A DNA stretch of 64,000 nucleotides. Source: Octopus sinensis. Lineage: Eukaryota. This document shows, one piece after another, positions 12,553 to 24,878 of this stretch. Made by a program: the position numbers and the translations under genes. The notes under the pieces were generated by a model, which was not told the origin of the DNA, ran no database searches, and saw only the letters and a program-made list of their open reading frames with translations. Where the stretch lies: positions 1-64,000 of the forward strand of contig NW_021837041.1 in assembly GCF_006345805.1 (NCBI RefSeq), in the 5' to 3' direction. Positions within the stretch are counted from its first letter, which is position 1. Every line of letters starts with the position of its first letter.

Positions 12553-14102
12553 AGGGAAGTGCTATAGTTATGGACATTGAACTCCACAAAAGAGATATTA
12601 CTATCTATATTACAAGATATGACCCATCACGAAAAGGTGAATAATTGCCAAAATCAAATAAAATAATTGAAACAGACATTCATCACAAGCAAACAGATTC
12701 TAAACAATACTTACTGTTCTCCTCATGTCATCCCAAACTCACGAAGAATAATATTATCTTTAATCTAGAAAGAAGAATCTGCACAATTGTCTCAAACCCT
12801 GAAACTCGCAATAAAAGACTCCGGGAACTAAAACAGATACTACTTAAAATACAATATCCATTAATGTTAATAGACAACCGAATAGAACGTACCAAAGCAA
12901 TAAATATCCAAGAACTAAAAAATACCTAAGACGCTCCAGGTACATCCAATATTCTACCCTTTATTACAACACACAACCTAGATTTACAGAACATCCCACT
13001 ACTAAGAGAAAACCCAAGAATGAAACAAGCATTCGAAATACACAAAATAATCAACAGTAAAAGACAATCAAATTACCTCAAAGATTCCTCACAAGTGCTA
13101 AATTTCCTTCCACAATTTCTACATCAACAGTCAAAAAGTGTGGCTGTCCCAATTGCGGGACTTGCATCAACCTTATTGACGACACAGCATACAAATTCAA
13201 ATCAGGACAGATTTTTAGCGTAAAAAATCACTTTACATGTTCTTCAAGGAATCTAGTATACGCTATCGAATGTCAAAGATGTAATGAAGATTACATAGGT
13301 CAAACAAAGCTCACTCTAAGAAATAGATTGACCAATCACCGACAACACATACGAGGCCCCAGTACTAGAAAGATTCCACTGAGTGGTCACATAGACATAT
13401 GTGCAAAAAATAAGCCCTCCACATTCCAGATATTCCCACTCTACTTATGTTCGGCGACTACCACAGATGAAGAACGGATAAACAAAGAAAATACTTTAAT
13501 ACAAAAGTACAAACCAAGACTTAACAAACTTTAACAGAGTCCTTACACAAATAACTATTTACACACAAAACTCATTCTGCCACTTAACTTAAGGAACCTA
13601 CACAGCCAACAAACTAAACTTTAGCCGCTGGACTACATACAAACGACTCCTGTCCACTCTCCCACCAGACAGATTAAATTTGAAGTGGCTTGGTTGTAAC
13701 TAAACATGTTCCCTCTACCGTATCGGTCATCATTTTAGGCACAAAATATACTGTCACGTGATACTAAAGCACGGACGCAGTGGCAAACGTAGAAGAGGTT
13801 ACTTAATCACGTATTCATTCTCTATAAAACACTTGACAGATGACATTCAGAGCATTGGTACTGTCACTAAACATGTTCAGTCAACTGAGTCAGCCTTAAC
13901 TTACGACGCCAAACATTGTCACTTGATACCAAAAAAACGAACGTAGCAGAGAACCTACAAACATTTTTAAGACCAGTAATATGACTATCCTCTACCAATG
14001 AAATCCTATTCAAAACATATACTAATCTAAGTAATGAACTCCCTATAAAAATAGGGCAAGCTTGAAACACTAGTCAGAAAGCAAGATGCCTTTCTATTTC
14101 AA

Positions 14103-14141
14103 CTTTTTGAAAATCAGCGTAAAGTGTGAAACCGGTTAAAG
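14103..14141 (+). ncRNA. Variant minimal hammerhead motif (U3-A8 core) in the PLE-1 pLTR
   Basis: CUUU UUGAAAA U CAGC-GUAA-AGUG U GAAA CCGG UU AAAG; palindromic stem III ACCGGU; stem II partly decayed. Confidence 0.5.
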
Positions 14142-14585
14142 CCTTAAATATGGCAATAAAAAATACTTTAACTATTCTCAGAACATTTTCAACTTCTATT
14201 TTTCATATATATATTTAGATATAGAGGTCCCCATGCAAAACATCAACTCCTAATATACATCACACCATATAAAAGAATTTTATTTTAATAATTACTAATC
14301 ATTTCTAAATTCTACAGGTGTTTCTTGAGGTTCCTTTACCGTTCCTTAAGCACGAAGTCTTTTACAGGAACATTTCTTAAACGCAACCCCAATCATCAGG
14401 TCTCTAAATAACTTTATTATAATTCAATACCAAGAAACACGTGTAGCAGAGAAATTTAGAAATGATTAGTAAGCATTAAAATAAAATTCTATTATATGGT
14501 GTAATGTATATCAGGATTTGATGTTTTGCAAGGGGAATTCTATCTCTAAATAACACACACACACACACACACACCACACACACAC

Positions 14586-14625
<40 letters not shown>

Positions 14626-14744
14626 GATTTGACGAATTGCATGGGAACTTCTATCTCTAAATAATATATATTTCCTTATCGAGAATAATTCATTTTATTT
14701 GAATCCCTGTGATGCCGGAATTTTTATTCCCAATAAATAAAATA

Positions 14745-14812
<68 letters not shown>

Positions 14813-15724
14813 CTATCTATCTATCTATCTATCTATATATATATATATATATATATAAGAAAAAGGTTTGGAAAATGCAATTTAAACGATGTTTATTTTA
14901 ACCTAACGGTTTCACTTTGGTAAAAGATTGTCAAAAGTAACATTAAAAGTATCATTGAATAATATGGTTCAAAAAAGTTTTTTACATAATTGTCACATTG
15001 AATATTATGCATTCAAAAAAGTTTTTTACATAATTGTCACATTGGATATTATGAATTCAAAAATGTTTTTTTTATACAAAATTGTCACATTACATGTATA
15101 AATATAGTGTTTGGTAACAGAGAAGTTCAATAGTGTGATGAGAATATTTGCAAAAATTGGCAGAAAAGGATAAAACAAATATATTATTGGAAATTTGGTT
15201 GCGTTAATTATTGGTTGTCGTAAATTGTCACATTACATGTATATATATACAGTCTTTGGTATATATATACAATCTTTTGACAGCAAAAATTAAAATGGAT
15301 TTTTTTATACATCTCAGAATATTTTAAGTTGAAGGCGAGAATATGTTGTTACTGACCTGTTTGTTTTAGCAGAAAGGTTGAATTGAGAGAAAAAAGGTTG
15401 TACCCAGTGTGGTGTATACTTCCCCTTCAAGCATCAATGGTTTTGGGGTTATCAGGAGGTGAGTATGCCTGCTGGTCAAGCAGCGTCTGTTTGTCACACC
15501 CATATATACACACACACACACACACACAACAACACACACACACACACACACACACACATAGTATACAAACACACACCACATACACACAACACACACACAC
15601 ACACACACAGAACACACACACACACACAACGCACCACATATATAATATATACACACAACACACAAATATAACATGTATTTATATATAATATACACACATA
15701 TATATATATAACACACATACACAC

Positions 15725-16985
15725 TGAGGGCCTCAAATTTATTCTGCAAAACAACTTCATGTATTTCCACAACAACACTTACAGACAGGTCTCGGGAACT
15801 GCAATGGGTACGAAAGTTGCACCTACCTATGCAAACCTGGTGATGGCCTACCTGGAATCACATATCTATGAAAAATCCAAATATAAGTACGGCCAGTCTT
15901 TCCACAAATACCTGTTGGAGAACTGGAAACGCTACTTAGATGATTGCCTCATCCTATGGTCCCACACACTCGACCAACTTATAGACTTCAAAAACCTTAT
16001 CAACAGTGTAAATAACAACATTCAATTCACAATGGAATATAGTCAGGACCACTACTCCCTTTTCTTGACATCCTAATCATTAAAAAAGGCGTCAACATTG
16101 AAACTGACTGACTCCATTACAAACCCACTGACTCTAAACAATACCTTCTATTCACCTCCAATCACCCAAAACACACAAAGACAAATATCCCCTTCAACCT
16201 AGCGAGAAGAATCTGCACTATTGTCTCAAATGACACAACACGAATAGAAGACTCCGGAACTAAGGGCAATTCTTCTCGAAAGACATTACCCGGCATCACT
16301 AGTAGACAACGGAATAGAACGGGCCCAATCAATCAACATTCAAGACCTACGAAAACCCAAACACATCCATAGTACAGTAAATAGCCTCCCCTATCTCTCA
16401 CACACAACCCAAGGAATGCAGAAGCTTACACTATTATATACAACAACATTCCACAACTAAATCAAGACCCACGCCTGAAAAAAATACTGGCAGCTCATAA
16501 AATAATAAAAAGTAAGAGACAACCTAAATCCCTATAAAACCTCCTCACCAACGCAAAATTACACAACACAAACCCACCGCCCACCATCAAAAAAGTGGTC
16601 GCCCCAACTGCAAGACCTGCATCCACCTCATTGAGGGATCGTCGTACAAGTTCCACTCGGGACACACATTCATCATAAAAATAATTTCACGTGCGCATCA
16701 AAAATTTACTCTACGTCATAAGGTGTGAAGGATGCCACGAAGACTACATAGGGCAAACGAGCCTTACCCTCAGAGAAAGAATGACAGTTCACCGACAACA
16801 ACTGAGGGACCCCCACAAGACAGATACCACTAAGTGGACACTTAGACCTTTGTGCACACAATAAGTCCCCCAAATTCTTAGTCTTCCCACTATACCAATG
16901 CTCGGACAACACCACAGACCAAACACGAATAAATAAGGAAAGTAATCTTATTCAAAAATACAGACCACAACTAAACATACTCTAA
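15725..16985 (+). pseudogene. Penelope RT + GIY-YIG endonuclease remnant
   Basis: ORF 15759-16076 carries the PLE RT motifs GTAMG and RYLDD; downstream frames give the HKPTDSKQYL thumb and a GIY-YIG-like domain. Confidence 0.9.
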
Positions 16986-17029
16986 CATACCCCCTGGAAA
17001 CACATCCAGAGCAAGCACGCAGGGACACG

Positions 17030-18480
17030 CGCACACTCACAGCATATCGTGCGGGCGGGCACATGCACGCATCGGCACGCATCGGCACGCATAGGACACA
17101 CTAGCGGGCATTGACCGCACACATACGTGGCATACACACGCAAGCATTATATATATGTAGGTTATGTATGTGTGTGAGTGTTGTGTGTGTGTGTGTGTGT
17201 GCACGTTGTGCGTGTGTGTGCGCGTGTGTATATATGTGTGTGTGTGTGTGTGTGCACTGTGTGCGTGTGTGTGTGTGTGTGCGCGCGTTGTGTGTGTGTG
17301 TACGTGTGAATATATGTGTGTGTGTGTGTGCACTGTGTGCGTGTGTGTGTGTATGTGTGTGTGTGTGTGTGTGTGAGCATTGCATACGTGTGTATGTATT
17401 TACATGTGTATTTGTTTATATATATTATATATATATATATATATATATGTGAGTGTTGTGTGTGTATATGCATGGTATGTATGTATATGTGAGTACATTG
17501 TTTGTGTGTGTGTGCGGTATGTAGAGATATATTTGAGTGTGTACGCTATAGGTTTGTAATTTGTGTGTGTGGGTGTGTGTGTGAATTTTTATATATTTAT
17601 GTGTGTGTATGTGTGTGAAAAAATATATGTATGTGCATGTATGTATGTATGTATATGTATATATATATATGTATATATATATGTGTATGTATATGTGTGT
17701 GTGTGTATATTTATTTGCATGTTTATGCGTGTATAAACATGTGCATTATTTGCATGCGCATTGTGTATATGTATATTGTATGTATGTGTATTGTATATGT
17801 ATGTGTACAATTAAGTGTATATATGTGTGCATTGTATATATGTATATTGTAGGTGTGCCATATGTGCATGAATACATGTATATGCATTGCGTGTATATAT
17901 ATGTATGCATTGTGTATGTATGTTATGTGTGTGTGTGTTTATATATATTTTATGTATGCGTACGTGTATGTGTATGCATTGTATGTATGTATGTATATTG
18001 TGTGTATATGTGGTATATCTATGTATGTGTATGTAAACACTATTTATATGTATACATGTATATATGTATATGCATTGTCTATATATATATATATTATATG
18101 TATGTATTGCGTACGTATATTGCATGCATATATTGTGTATGTGTATTATATACATGCTGTATTTGTATATTGTATGTGTATATATATGCTAGGTGTATTT
18201 GTGTGATATTTATATTATGTATGGATGTGTGCGTGTGTTGTGTGTGTGTGTGTGTGTGTGTTGTGTGTGTATGTGTGTTATATATATATGTGTGTATATT
18301 ATATATAAATACATGTTATATTTGTGTGTTGTGTGTATATATTATATATGTGGGTGCGTTGTGTGTGTGTGTTCTGTGTGGTGTGTGTGTGTTGTGTGTA
18401 TGTGGTGTGTGTTTGTATACTATGTGTGTTGTGGGTGTTGTTGTGGTGTGGTGTGTGTGTGTGTATATATGTGTGTGACA
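17030..18480. repeat. ~1.4-kb compound (TG/TA) microsatellite inside the PLE-2 pLTR
   Basis: Direct reading; its distal part is mirrored at 15500-15722. Confidence 0.85.
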
Positions 18481-19026
18481 AACAGACGCTGCTTGACCAG
18501 CAGGCATACTAACCTCCTGATAACCCAAACCATTGATGCTTGAAGGGGAAGTATACACCACACTGGGTACAACCTTTTTTCTCTCAATTCAACCTTTCTG
18601 CTAAAACAAACCAGGTCAGTAACAACATATTCTCGCCTTCACTTAAAATATTCTGAGATGTATAAAAAATCATTTTAATTTTTGCTGTCAAAAGATTGTA
18701 TATATATACCAAAGACTGTATATTATACATGTAATGTGACAATTTGCGACAACCAATAATTAACGCAACCAAATTCCCAATAATATATTTGTTTTATCCT
18801 TTTCTGCCAATTTTTGCAAATATTCTCATCACACTATTGAACTTCTCTGTTACCAAACACTATATTTATACATGTAATGTGACAATTTTGTATAAAAAAA
18901 CATTTTTGAATTCATAATATCCAATGTGACAATTATGTAAAAAACTTTTTTGAATGCATAATATTCAATGTGACAATTATGTAAAAAACTTTTTTGAACC
19001 CATATTATTCAATGATACTTTTAATG

Positions 19027-19071
19027 TTACTTTTGACAATCTTTTACCAAAGAGTGAAACCGGTTAAGTAA
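19027..19071 (+). ncRNA. Variant minimal hammerhead motif (U3-A8 core) in the PLE-2 pLTR; mirror copy at 14898-14940(-)
   Basis: UUACUU UUGACAA U CUUU-UACC-AAAG (AG)U GAAA CCGG UU AAGUAA; perfect 6-bp stem I. Confidence 0.6.
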
Positions 19072-19146
19072 ATAAACATCGTTTAAATTGCATTTTCAAA
19101 CCTTTTTTCATATATAATCCCACTCGTGCGATACCCCACAACTCAA

Positions 19147-19189
<43 letters not shown>

Positions 19190-19247
19190 TTATTTAATTT
19201 TTCCACCTTGTTTCACATTTATGTTTACTCCGGTTATATATATATTA

Positions 19248-19295
<48 letters not shown>

Positions 19296-19479
19296 CTTTT
19301 TAATTAGAGATCAGCGTTGAATACAAATAATTATGGTGAGTCATATTTAACATGATTGTGTATATTCGGGCTTAGAAAGTTGTCGAGAAAAGAAATTCAC
19401 TTTTGAAACAGTAAAGGTCGAAGGACTTCAATGGGCGACGTTGTCCAAGAATAAATGTGAGGCAGTCTTTATAATCACA

Positions 19480-19720
19480 CAATGTGTATCATGTGACCTC
19501 CAAACTCGTTATATTTAAATCCCATGGACTTCTACGTTTGGACCTTTGTTGGAAACGAGACTAATCAACGTTTTCACAAACATATCTTCACTGAAGGCTG
19601 TCATTGCCCGGGTGATATTCGAAAGGAATAAGGATCATTTAGTGTAGATATGTCAGCGACTCCAGTTCTAAATTAATGCGGTTCTCGAAACTGAAAACGT
19701 ATTCATAAAATAAATTTATC
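19480..19720 (+). pseudogene. Tc1/mariner (maT-like) transposase remnant
   Basis: '*PPNSLYLNPMDFYVWTFV' resembles the WPPNSPDLNPMDYYVW motif. Confidence 0.55.
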
Positions 19721-20142
19721 GAGAAACTTGTGCGCAAATTTATATTAAAATACATTTGGTTTTTACTTGATTAGACTTATATTATTAAATCACTAATTAT
19801 GTCCTCAAATAGCTCTTGCACACCGTATACATACATACATACATATATTCATACATACATACATACACACCACACACACACACACACACACAGACCACAC
19901 ATATATATATATATACATATATATATATCTTTCAATATATATGAACACCTATAAGTATACGGACTCAGTCTCACTCAACCACACACACGCATATATATAC
20001 ATATATATACATGCATATTTATATTTAAGCATATATGTTTATACAATGTTAAAAGATGATTAATAACAGACGCAACGAATTAAGTAAACAATAAGAGATA
20101 TAACTAAACACACTGATGCGCATATATACTTGTATATATATA

Positions 20143-20176
<34 letters not shown>

Positions 20177-20453
20177 GCCACATCCCCTAAATCCCTATAT
20201 CAACGGCCAGTAAAATAGGAAATAAAACATTCACATCTGGAGAGCTTTGCTAGCAGCAGCCTGTCAATATATCTATATCAAATGGTATTAGCAGAGACTT
20301 TGCAATGGCAGCCAGACAGAGCCAGGGATATCAGAAAAACGCACAGCCATAAGGTCGACGACTAATATCGCCGAACGCTGTTTATTATTATGAGTACCAG
20401 ACGTATCGGTATATCTGTGTATGTGCGTAACAGAGACTGAGGAGTGTTTATAT

Positions 20454-20525
<72 letters not shown>

Positions 20526-20585
20526 GGTGATACATCAGCATGGCTGCAGCTCTGAGCAGAAACTACAGAAAAAATATGTGTTTGT

Positions 20586-20906
20586 GTGTATATATATATA
20601 TATATCACCGTGATTGACCAGTCTATCAGGTGTTGCTACACATCGCTAGTCACAATGCGCTTCGCATTGTTTTAGCCTTCAAATGACGCCACCCCGCTGG
20701 CTAAGTGAGTAAGCCAACAGAAGAATGAGTGAAAGAAAGTTGTGGCAAAAGAGTACAGCAGGGATCCCCTCTTACCCCTGCTGGAGCCTTGTGGAGCTTT
20801 TAGGTGTTTTCGCTCAATAAACACTCACAACGCCCGGTCTGGGAATCGAAACCGCTATCCTACAACCGCGAGTCCACTGCCCTAACCACTGGGCCATTGC
20901 ACCTCC
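20586..20906 (-). mobile_element. tRNA(Arg)-like-head SINE (third family)
   Basis: Reverse complement: gaggtgcaatggcccagtggttagggcagtggactcgcgg..ggtttcgattcccagacc (A box TGGCCCAGTGG, B-box-like TTCGATTCC). Confidence 0.75.
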
Positions 20907-21787
20907 ACACACACACACATATATATATATAAATGTATGTATATATGTATATATATATATATGTATATAATATATATATATGTATATATATGTGTATATA
21001 TATGTTCATATATATATATATATATATGTGTGTGTCTGTGTGTGAGTTTTTATATATGTAGGTTAACGAACCCCAGCGAAACCTATATGAGAAACCCTAG
21101 CATGTGTACTGACGATGCTATTAACCTCAAAAGTGTAAGAATTACGTGACAAGAGAAATTGAACTGCGGTGACTCGTTCGTGGCATGTTCCACTTCATTG
21201 AAAACAGAATGTCTTTAGAATCCACGTAATTCGATATTGCAAACTTTTAACCCTTCATCCATCGTTAAGTTATTTCTTTGGAAGACCTGGATTTCGAGAA
21301 AGAATTTACTAGAATTAGTGAATTAGATATCATGATGATAAATTATTCAAGCCTAGGTTCAGGGCTACAAATTCGGAGCAAGGGGTTGGTCGATCTAATC
21401 GTTCCCTTTTCTTTGTTAATATTCAGTTTCATCGACTCCAGACGAAGGGAAGCACAAAACAAAAGGATTATTTGGGTGTTTTATAGATTCTGATTATTCA
21501 TTAATCTGTCAGGACCTGACTATTCAGTTGTAACATATTTGTCGCGCTCGAAGACATAATCTAGGTTTCCATTAAACTTCTCAAATAAGATTTGGAGGTT
21601 GGTAAGGAGCTTTGTTTCAGAGAAAACTCGCTTTGGGTGACAATTAACACTCAAGAATTTATATACAAAAGTACGAAATTGCAGCGCATTCGTATTATTC
21701 AATAAATAGATGGTAACTTACGTAACCTTTTCAAATTACCGATGTTTCCAAGTGGTCTCCAAATACGAATCATTTTAAGTATAAATA

Positions 21788-21854
21788 TAGCTCGGCCGGA
21801 AGAGCATCAGACTTTTAATCTGAGGGTGGTGGGTTCAAGTCCCCACTGGCGGTG
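21788..21854 (+). pseudogene. tRNA-Lys(UUU)-like pseudogene or SINE head
   Basis: D arm GCTC..GAGC; anticodon arm TCAGA CTTTTAA TCTGA; T arm GTGGG TTCAAGT(C) CCCAC. The 5' acceptor strand (ATAAATA) does not pair with the 3' TGGCGGT. Confidence 0.75.
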
Positions 21855-21904
21855 CCCCATCAAAGCTGAGGCTGAAACCTATAAAAGAATAAAGGAATGA
21901 TAGA

Positions 21905-21980
<76 letters not shown>

Positions 21981-21981
<1 letters not shown>

Positions 21982-22725
21982 GATATAAGTTAGAGGTGTT
22001 AAGCCTTCTAAGGGATAGGAGTATCCAGAGGCACTCCTGGTAATTACCTCCATAACTATGGTCCTCAGTATAATGTATACGGCTGTAGGTAATTTAAAAA
22101 GCTAGGCCGTAGTTTAATGTATATATAGACAAACAGGAAATGGAGAAAAAACAACAAAGAGGAGTGTATCTTTGGTACTAAAAAGCCATTATTTAATTAG
22201 TTAAGCAAGGTTATTTCCCTCGTCTGGAGTCGATAAAACTGCTTAACTAATTAAATAATGGCTTAACTAATTAAATAATAGTACCAAAGATACACTCCTC
22301 TTTGTTGCTTTTCTCCATTTCCTGTTAGTCTATATATACATTAAACTACGGCTTACCTTTTTAAGTTACCTACAGCCGTATACATTATACTGAGGACCAT
22401 AGTTATGGAGATAATTACCAGGAGTGCCTCTGGATACTCCTATCCCTTAGAGGGCTTAACACCTCTAACTTATATCTATATATAGTAACAAACTGAAGAA
22501 AAGAGTACCTTCAAACGGCTGTGTTAATCATCCAATTCGCTGGTACCTTCTGTTGGATAACATATAAATATGGGTATAATGCAATGAGAAAGATAAATTA
22601 AATAGAGAGATACTATTGACAGTCCAATAATTTATTTATATTATAATATTATATAAATACTTTTAATCCGAGGGTCACGCTCATAATACATATATTATTA
22701 GATATTTAATTATACACATACATAC

Positions 22726-22756
<31 letters not shown>

Positions 22757-23545
22757 ATATTATATATATATATATATATAATATATATATATATAAATAT
22801 ATATAAATATATATAGATATAAGTTAGAGGTGTTAAGCCTTCTAAGGGATAGGAGTATCCAGAGGCACTCCTGGTAATTACCTCCATAACTATGGTCCTC
22901 AGTATAATGTATACGGCTGTAGGTAATTTAAAAAGCTAGGCCGTAGTTTAATGTATATATAGACAAACAGGAATGGAGAAAAAAACAACAAAGAGGAGTG
23001 TATCTTTGGTACTAAAAAGCCATTATTTAATTAGTTAAGCAAGGTTATTTCCCTCGTCTGGAGTCGATAAAACTGCTTAACTAATTAAATAATGGCTTAA
23101 CTAATTAAATAATAGTACCAAAGATACACTCCTCTTTGTTGCTTTTCTCCATTTCCTGTTAGTCTATATATACATTAAACTACGGCTTACCTTTTTAAGT
23201 TACCTACAGCCGTATACATTATACTGAGGACCATAGTTATGGAGATAATTACCAGGAGTGCCTCTGGATACTCCTATCCCTTAGAGGGCTTAACACCTCT
23301 AACTTATATCTATATATAGTAACAAACTGAAGAAAAGAGTACCTTCAAACGGCTGTGTTAATCATCCAATTCGCTGGTACCTTCTGTTGGATAACATATA
23401 AATATGGGTATAATGCAATGAGAAAGATAAATTAAATAGAGAGATACTATTGACAGTCCAATAATTTATTTATATTATAATATTATATTAAATACTTTTA
23501 ATCCGAGGGTCACGCTCATAATACATATATTATTAGATATTTAAT
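21981..23545. repeat. Two tandem ~834-bp units, each a ~500-bp hairpin plus a ~230-bp tail, separated by (TA)n
   Basis: Units start at 21981 and 22815; in each, a ~228-bp arm is inverted around a ~29-nt loop. Confidence 0.92.
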
Positions 23546-23550
23546 TATAC

Positions 23551-23588
<38 letters not shown>

Positions 23589-23592
<4 letters not shown>

Positions 23593-24839
23593 GAAATATT
23601 AAAATTACTAAGTCTCTCTAAAAGAGAACAGCGGCAGCGTTCCCGGAAAATAATAGTTATCGCCATACTAATATGGCATTCTTATAAAAATAAGAATAAA
23701 GCTGTCCGCTTATTAGCTCCATGAGGCCATCGCCTTAAGTTAGCTATTTGATACACAAACTGTATCCATATAACCTTCGAACAAGGGAGGTCAGTCGCTC
23801 CACACTACTTGACCGGCAGCTACAGACGCGTTTCGGGGTATTGCCCCTTTTCAATGCAGCGTAGCCAGCCAGTAGGTGTCGCTTCCGACAATCTCTGTTC
23901 GATGGTTTTATTTACCTAGTTTCGGTGGAATACATCCACTTGTTTTCAATAATAGAAATATTAAAATTACTAAGTCTCTCTAAAAGAGAACAGCGGCAGC
24001 GTTCCCGGAAAATAATAGTTATCGCCATACTAATATGGCATTCTTATAAAAATAAGAATAAAGCTGTCCGCTTATTAGCTCCATGAGGCCATCGCCTTAA
24101 GTTAGCTATTTGATACACAAACTGTATCCATATAACCTTCGAACAAGGGAGGTCAGTCGCTCCACACTACTTGACCGGCAGCTACAGACGCGTTTCGGGG
24201 TATTGCCCCTTTTCAATAAATAAAACCATCGAACAGAGATTGTCGGAAGCGACACCTACTGGCTGGCTACGCTGCATTGAAAAGGGGCAATACCCCGAAA
24301 CGCGTCTGTAGCTGCCGGTCAAGTAGTGTGGAGCGACTGACCTCCCTTGTTCGAAGGTTATATGGATACAGTTTGTGTATCAAATAGCTAACTTAAGGCG
24401 ATGGCCTCATGGAGCTAATAAGCGGACAGTTTTATTCTTATTTTTATAAGAATGCCATATTAGTATGGCGATAACTATTATTTTCCGGGAACGCTGCTGC
24501 TGTTCTCTTTTAGAGAGACTTAGTAATTTTAATATTTCTATTATTGAAAACAAGTGGATGTATTCCACCGAAACTAGTTAAATAAAGCCATCGAACAGAG
24601 ATTGTCGGAAGCGACACCTACTGGCTGGCTACGCTGCATTGAAAAGGGGCAATACCCCGAAACGCGTCTGTAGCTGCCGGTCAAGTGGTGTGGAGCGACT
24701 GACCTCCCTTGTTCGAAGGTTATATGGATACAGTTTGTGTATCAAATAGCTAACTTAAGGCGATGGCCTCATAGAGCTAATAAGCGGACAGCTTTATTCT
24801 TATTTTTATAAGAATGCCATATTAGTATGGCGATAACTA

Positions 24840-24845
<6 letters not shown>
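23589..24845. repeat. 362-bp unit arranged tandem then inverted (about 1.25-kb quasi-palindrome), carrying four hammerhead motifs
   Basis: Unit starts at 23589 and 23951; orientation flips at about 24218; (TA)n on both sides. Confidence 0.92.
24271..24312 (+). ncRNA. Minimal type I hammerhead with U3-A8 core; identical copies at 24633-24674(+) and 23819-23860(-), truncated copy at 24181-24217(-)
   Basis: GCUGCA UUGAAAA GGGG-CAAUA-CCCC GAAA CGCG UC UGUAGC: 6-bp stem I, 4-bp stem II, palindromic stem III ACGCGU, GUC cleavage triplet. Confidence 0.75.

Positions 24846-24872
<27 letters not shown>

Positions 24873-24878
<6 letters not shown>

Larger units (their letters stand above)
11339..14560 (+). 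mobile_element. Decayed Penelope-like element (PLE-1): RT with internal deletion, GIY-YIG endonuclease and 3' pLTR
   Basis: EAD|KGSAIVMD motif; TDIHHKQTDSKQYLLFSSCHP thumb region; Cys-rich linker and 'VYAIECQRCNEDYIGQT..HRQHIR..ENTLIQKYKPRLN' (stop at 13534); HHR-like motif at 14103-14141; (TA)n on the 5' side. Confidence 0.88.
14860..19112 (+). mobile_element. Penelope-like element PLE-2: inverted pLTR, 5'-truncated RT/GIY-YIG ORF, pLTR
   Basis: 14860-15722 is the reverse complement of about 18247-19112; 15725-16985 encodes 'NNFMYFHNNTYRQVSGTAMGTKVAPTYANL..WKRYLDDCLI' and 'LYVIRCEGCHEDYIGQT' with frameshifts; flanked by (TA)n-type repeats. Confidence 0.9.

Noticed and set aside
14365-14405. 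Minus-strand CUGAUGA UUGGG..UUUAA GAAAUGUU motif in the PLE-1 3' region
   Set aside because: Stem II is mostly G.U and stem I does not pair; at best a heavily decayed copy, so not counted.
17603-18478. 291-aa Cys/Val/Tyr-rich ORF
   Set aside because: (TG/TA)n repeat translation.
21788-21854. Functional tRNA-Lys gene
   Set aside because: The acceptor stem cannot form and the T loop has an extra base; kept as a pseudogene.
21981-24845. CRISPR-like or prokaryotic repeat array
   Set aside because: Units are 362 and 834 bp with no unique spacers, no cas genes and a eukaryotic context.
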